Positions 37,520 through 40,421 of a stretch of DNA of 40,421 bases are shown here, piece after piece. Numbering within the stretch: position 1 is the first letter of the stretch; the number at the start of each line of letters is the position of its first letter. This stretch comes from a virus (lineage: Duplodnaviria > Caudoviricetes). Where the stretch lies: the IMG/VR virus record IMGVR_UViG_3300010376_000069, positions 1 to 40,421 of that record, one strand, 5' to 3'. The notes beneath the pieces are model-generated. The model had not been told where the DNA came from and ran no database searches. It worked only from the letters and a program-made list of their open reading frames with translations. The position numbers and the translations under genes were made by a program.

Positions 37520-37852
37520 ATGACCCAAGTCTCGCCTGAGGTTCACACCTACGAGGATGACTTCCCTAAGCATCTTGGCCCGCCTCCTGTTCCGAACTAC
37601 ACCGGGGGCAAGCTAGTCGAGGCCCGCCACCCCACCATGCTGGTGCAGCTAGATTCCGGGGCCTTCTGGGCACTGTGGGAACTGCTGGAGAAGGAAGCCA
37701 AGCATCGCTATCCAGCAGCCAAGGCCATCTCCGCGTACGGTGCGTACCTCAGGGCTGTCGAGGCATTCCGTAAGACCTACTGGTCGCACAACGTGCCGCC
37801 TGACCCTCAGGCCAAGCCAGTCCGCAAGCTAGTGAGGAAGCCGCGTAAGTGA
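37520..37852 (+). CDS. Hypothetical protein (110 aa), leaderless
   Basis: ATG 7 nt after the extended -10; GTGA overlap with the next gene. Confidence 0.7.
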   Translation: MTQVSPEVHTYEDDFPKHLGPPPVPNYTGGKLVEARHPTMLVQLDSGAFWALWELLEKEAKHRYPAAKAISAYGAYLRAVEAFRKTYWSHNVPPDPQAKPVRKLVRKPRK

Positions 37853-38136
37853 GTCACTTCTACGACATCGATCCCGAAGATGCTGAGTCGCCCTGGCTCC
37901 TCGATGAGTACATGGGCCTGCATCCTGGTGACCACGTCGTCTACCAGAACCCGGACTGGCAGCAGCCTGACGGTACCTACAAGACCGCAGGCATGGACCC
38001 TCCCCTGGTGATCACTGAGCTAGTCCAGCTTGGTGACGAGTTCGTCACCGCCATCATCAACAACGGGGAGTGGGAGGTCAACGCTGAGAACCTGGCCCTG
38101 GAAAAATCTGAGGGGACAGAGGAGGCTGAAGAGTAG
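37849..38136 (+). CDS. Small acidic protein, possible SH3-like barrel
   Basis: GLHPGDHVVY...LVITE...WEVNAENL. Confidence 0.65.
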   Translation: MSHFYDIDPEDAESPWLLDEYMGLHPGDHVVYQNPDWQQPDGTYKTAGMDPPLVITELVQLGDEFVTAIINNGEWEVNAENLALEKSEGTEEAEE

Positions 38137-38144
38137 TACCTTTT

Positions 38145-38298
38145 TTCTAGTGAGGTTCCCGGCAAGGGCATAAGCCCGGTCTCGTTGATCCGCTGGTGTG
38201 TGACTGCGGAGAGGGGTCGGTGCTCAATGGGAAGGAGTGGATGAAACCGGTGGAGGGTACCTAGGCCGGGAGTAAGGTAGCCGGGAGCTTCGCTAGAA
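38145..38298 (+). ncRNA. Candidate structured RNA (about 154 nt)
   Basis: Nested stems of 19, 8, 6 and 5 bp; five G-U pairs valid only on the + strand. Confidence 0.6.
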
Positions 38299-38414
38299 CC
38301 AGACTGAGGCAAACAAAACCACGGATGTACGCAGGGACGCCAGCCCTGCCAGGGCCTGGGAGGCTAACCGCCGTCGCACCAGTCCCTGGGCCTCAGTCTG
38401 GGTATAACCAGGAC

Positions 38415-38519
38415 ATGTCGCATCTGCAAGCAGGCATCCTGGTGGTGGAGGTGGGCATCATCGCCGTGGCCTATCTCCTGGGCATGTTCTGGAGGGGGCC
38501 TGGTCGCCCCGTTCCCTAA
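38415..38519 (+). CDS. 34-aa single-TM peptide
   Basis: MSHLQAGILVVEVGIIAVAYLLGMFWRGPGRPVP; stop overlaps the convergent stop. Confidence 0.55.
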   Translation: MSHLQAGILVVEVGIIAVAYLLGMFWRGPGRPVP

Positions 38520-38773
38520 CCAGGGATCACGTTCTCCAGCATCCCAAGACACGCCTCCAGGTGGAGACGTACCTCTCGTAGCTGGTCTAGCTGGGCCTCC
38601 CGGTCTGCACCGCTGTGCCGGTAGCTGCTGATGCGCTGGCCCATGGTCATGACCGCCACGTCGACCTCGTTGACGATCTCGGCCTCTGTGAGTGAGGCTG
38701 AGCGGTCCCTGGCCCTCTTCCAGAAGCCAGCATCCCGCCTTGACTGCCGCCAGAGCTTAAGAGCCGACGCCAC
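38516..38773 (-). CDS. Helical hypothetical protein (about 85 aa)
   Basis: GTG 38773 minimises overlap with the upstream gene. Confidence 0.6.
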   Translation of the reverse strand: MASALKLWRQSRRDAGFWKRARDRSASLTEAEIVNEVDVAVMTMGQRISSYRHSGADREAQLDQLREVRLHLEACLGMLENVIPG

Positions 38774-39590
38774 TGACCGTCTTGCCCACCCGGACCAGAC
38801 GAATACCGTTGGCCGCAGCAGCCTTCTTGATGTTCGTGATCGTTGCCCCGACATGCTCGACTTGCTTCAGGGCCTTCTTGGTCTTGGCTCGTTCTCGTTC
38901 TCGTGCCCGCCTGGCCCTGGCCCGTTCCGCTGCCCTCTGTTTGGCCTTGTCAGCCGCCCTGGCTTCCTTGCTCCCCGGAGGTAAGCCGTCCTTCCTGGGA
39001 CGCCCACGGGGCCGCATAGACCCCTCTGGGCGGCTTTTGGTGGCCCCAGGGGGCGGTATGGAAAATGCTGTCTTGGTGAAGGCATGTCGAGGGCCGAACT
39101 TTGTTCTGGCTCCGGGGCTGTTGTAGTCCACTGTGACCTTGGCTTCACCAGGAGCCGGGAGGACGTACTGGGCACGCGGCCCTCGTCGCACCACGATCTT
39201 GAACTCACTGTTCGCCAGGGCCAGGGCATCTTCGACATGCACCGGCAGGCCGTTGGTCGGCCCGGTGTTGAAGATCGAGTTGGCCCATGCCTCGACGTCC
39301 TCCTGGGTCCGGATCTCCTTCTTGAGGATGGCCCTGACCCGGATGTCCAGCTTCTCTAGCTGAGGGACGGTCTCAGGGAAGGCCAGGGTGAGGGCTACGA
39401 CATTCTGTCGGAGCTTGTCGACCCGCTCAGGGTCAGAGGAGTACTCCATGCCAGGCCAGATGGTGGCCGTGTTCTTGAACCAGATCCAAGACTCTCCATC
39501 GAAGATGGGGACATAGCCCATCCTCCCCATCTTGATGGTGCCGTTGAAGCCGGTGATTTTCTGCCAAGCCTCAGTTCCGTTCAAGTCCAT
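38757..39590 (-). CDS. Protein with AT-hook and basic C-terminal region (probable DNA binding)
   Basis: RPRGRPRKDG followed by K/R/A-rich helix; ATG 39590 after GGAG. Confidence 0.72.
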   Translation of the reverse strand: MDLNGTEAWQKITGFNGTIKMGRMGYVPIFDGESWIWFKNTATIWPGMEYSSDPERVDKLRQNVVALTLAFPETVPQLEKLDIRVRAILKKEIRTQEDVEAWANSIFNTGPTNGLPVHVEDALALANSEFKIVVRRGPRAQYVLPAPGEAKVTVDYNSPGARTKFGPRHAFTKTAFSIPPPGATKSRPEGSMRPRGRPRKDGLPPGSKEARAADKAKQRAAERARARRARERERAKTKKALKQVEHVGATITNIKKAAAANGIRLVRVGKTVSGVGS

Positions 39591-39930
39591 TCTCCAAGCG
39601 GTGTGACCTGGCAGCAACCTGCTGCCAGTCCTTCTCCAGGGGAGAGTCGCTCAGAATACGTGGTGGCTTTCCCCGGAGCCAGACGCCTACAGCATAAGCG
39701 CGTGATTTTTTGCGGAGCATGATACCTGCTCCACGTCTCCAGGGAGGAGTGATCTCGCGGGTGATCGCTAGGCCCACCGGCCATCGGCTCCGGCGCGGCT
39801 CGCCTCGCCAGGAGTACAGGATCCACCACGAAGAGGTGTTGTCAGGAACTGAGGAGGCGTCTGGGAGGCTGGGTAGTACCCACTTGTTTTCCTCCGGATC
39901 GTCGTAGGCGGGGTCTGGGTGTATCTCCAT
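39571..39930 (-). CDS. Trp-rich hypothetical protein (119 aa)
   Basis: Collinear ORF; TREITPPWRRGAGIML. Confidence 0.6.
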   Translation of the reverse strand: MEIHPDPAYDDPEENKWVLPSLPDASSVPDNTSSWWILYSWRGEPRRSRWPVGLAITREITPPWRRGAGIMLRKKSRAYAVGVWLRGKPPRILSDSPLEKDWQQVAARSHRLENGLERN

Positions 39931-40039
39931 GCAGGGCCTTGTCGTTCTCTTCTAGGGCTGAGTCAATCAGAGCTAAAAGATCGTCAATCCGCTGTTTGGT
40001 CCCAGCGGCCTTTTTCGACGGCTCGCACTTTTTTGGCAT
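39842..40039 (-). CDS. Hypothetical protein (65 aa)
   Basis: ATG 3 nt after the KTSC stop; overlaps the next gene by 89 nt. Confidence 0.45.
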   Translation of the reverse strand: MPKKCEPSKKAAGTKQRIDDLLALIDSALEENDKALHGDTPRPRLRRSGGKQVGTTQPPRRLLSS

Positions 40040-40042
40040 GGA

Positions 40043-40384
40043 CTACTCCCCGACAATGCTGCCCCATCCGCCTTGACCGTAGGGGTAACCGTTCAGCACG
40101 GCATTGATGTACTGCCCCGGAGAACTGACCCGCTTGAATCGGGTCCAGATGCCTGGGGACACTTCGTCGTAGTGCCAGGGGGTGCCGTCCCGGAAGATGA
40201 CCTCCAACCGTTGCAGCTTGTGGGAATATCGGGCCTGTAGGGTCCGGGGTCGGGGTGGGTTGATCGTGCGCGTAGGCCAGTAGTAGTCCCAGTCAGGACT
40301 GGGGCTGGGGCCGAATGGCCCCTGGAGGCCCTTCTGCTCGCCGTAGCCAGGCTCCCAGGGTCTGTCAGCAACGTCCTCTGCCAC
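40043..40384 (-). CDS. KTSC-domain protein
   Basis: ARYSHKLQRLEVIFRDG..WHYDEVSP.IW..F....SPGQYIN..L.GYPY; start may lie further upstream. Confidence 0.8.
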   Translation of the reverse strand: MAEDVADRPWEPGYGEQKGLQGPFGPSPSPDWDYYWPTRTINPPRPRTLQARYSHKLQRLEVIFRDGTPWHYDEVSPGIWTRFKRVSSPGQYINAVLNGYPYGQGGWGSIVGE

Positions 40385-40421
40385 CTCAGGCAGAGGGGAG
40401 TAGGGAACCTCTCCTCTCGCC

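Larger units (their letters stand above)
1..40421. mobile_element. Tailed bacteriophage genome segment, contractile tail, probable actinobacterial host
   Basis: Portal-scaffold-capsid and sheath-tube-chaperone-tape measure-hub-spike synteny, endolysin, dense overlapping gene junctions; no host housekeeping genes seen. Confidence 0.97.

Noticed and set aside
38160-38262. Possible pistol or hammerhead ribozyme, T-box or SAM riboswitch
   Set aside because: Only fragments resemble them (AAGCCC..CGTTGAT, GAAAC, GGTACC); core motifs such as CUGANGA or UGGNACC and the required topology are missing.

Overview
This is a 40.4 kb segment of a high-GC tailed phage with a contractile tail. An Actinomycetota host is inferred from GC content, leaderless TANNNT promoters and an amidase/PG-binding endolysin. 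From 29 to about 6014 (+) is the head module: portal (split by an apparent 1-nt frameshift), a zincin-motif protein, scaffold, N4-gp56-like major capsid and small virion genes. From 6011 to 11335 (-) is an oppositely oriented block with head-completion genes, an ADP-ribosyltransferase-like gene, collagen proteins and the lysis cassette. From 11461 to 31263 (+) lie tail completion, sheath, tube, a chaperone with a likely +1 frameshift, tape measure with tail lysozyme, NlpC/P60-tube initiator, LysM-like protein, hub, a spike-collagen fusion, five fibre/receptor-binding genes and small genes. From 31422 to the end are mostly minus-strand accessory genes (IPT/TIG, HTH, Zn finger, GHKL ATPase-zincin, AT-hook, KTSC). 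The most notable unexplained signals are: a strongly structured ~154-nt intergenic RNA (38145-38298) upstream of a small membrane peptide; a promoter-to-terminator ORF-less ~90-nt unit (33128-33234) with 10 nt of complementarity to that RNA; two enzyme-like genes in morphogenesis operons sharing an N-x-x-Q-F...G-[KR]-L-F N-terminal tag; and a UUU_CGU-type +1 frameshift in the tail chaperone. No terminase, integrase, baseplate wedge genes, tRNA or CRISPR array was recognised. All product calls come from reading motifs and synteny by eye; no database searches were run.
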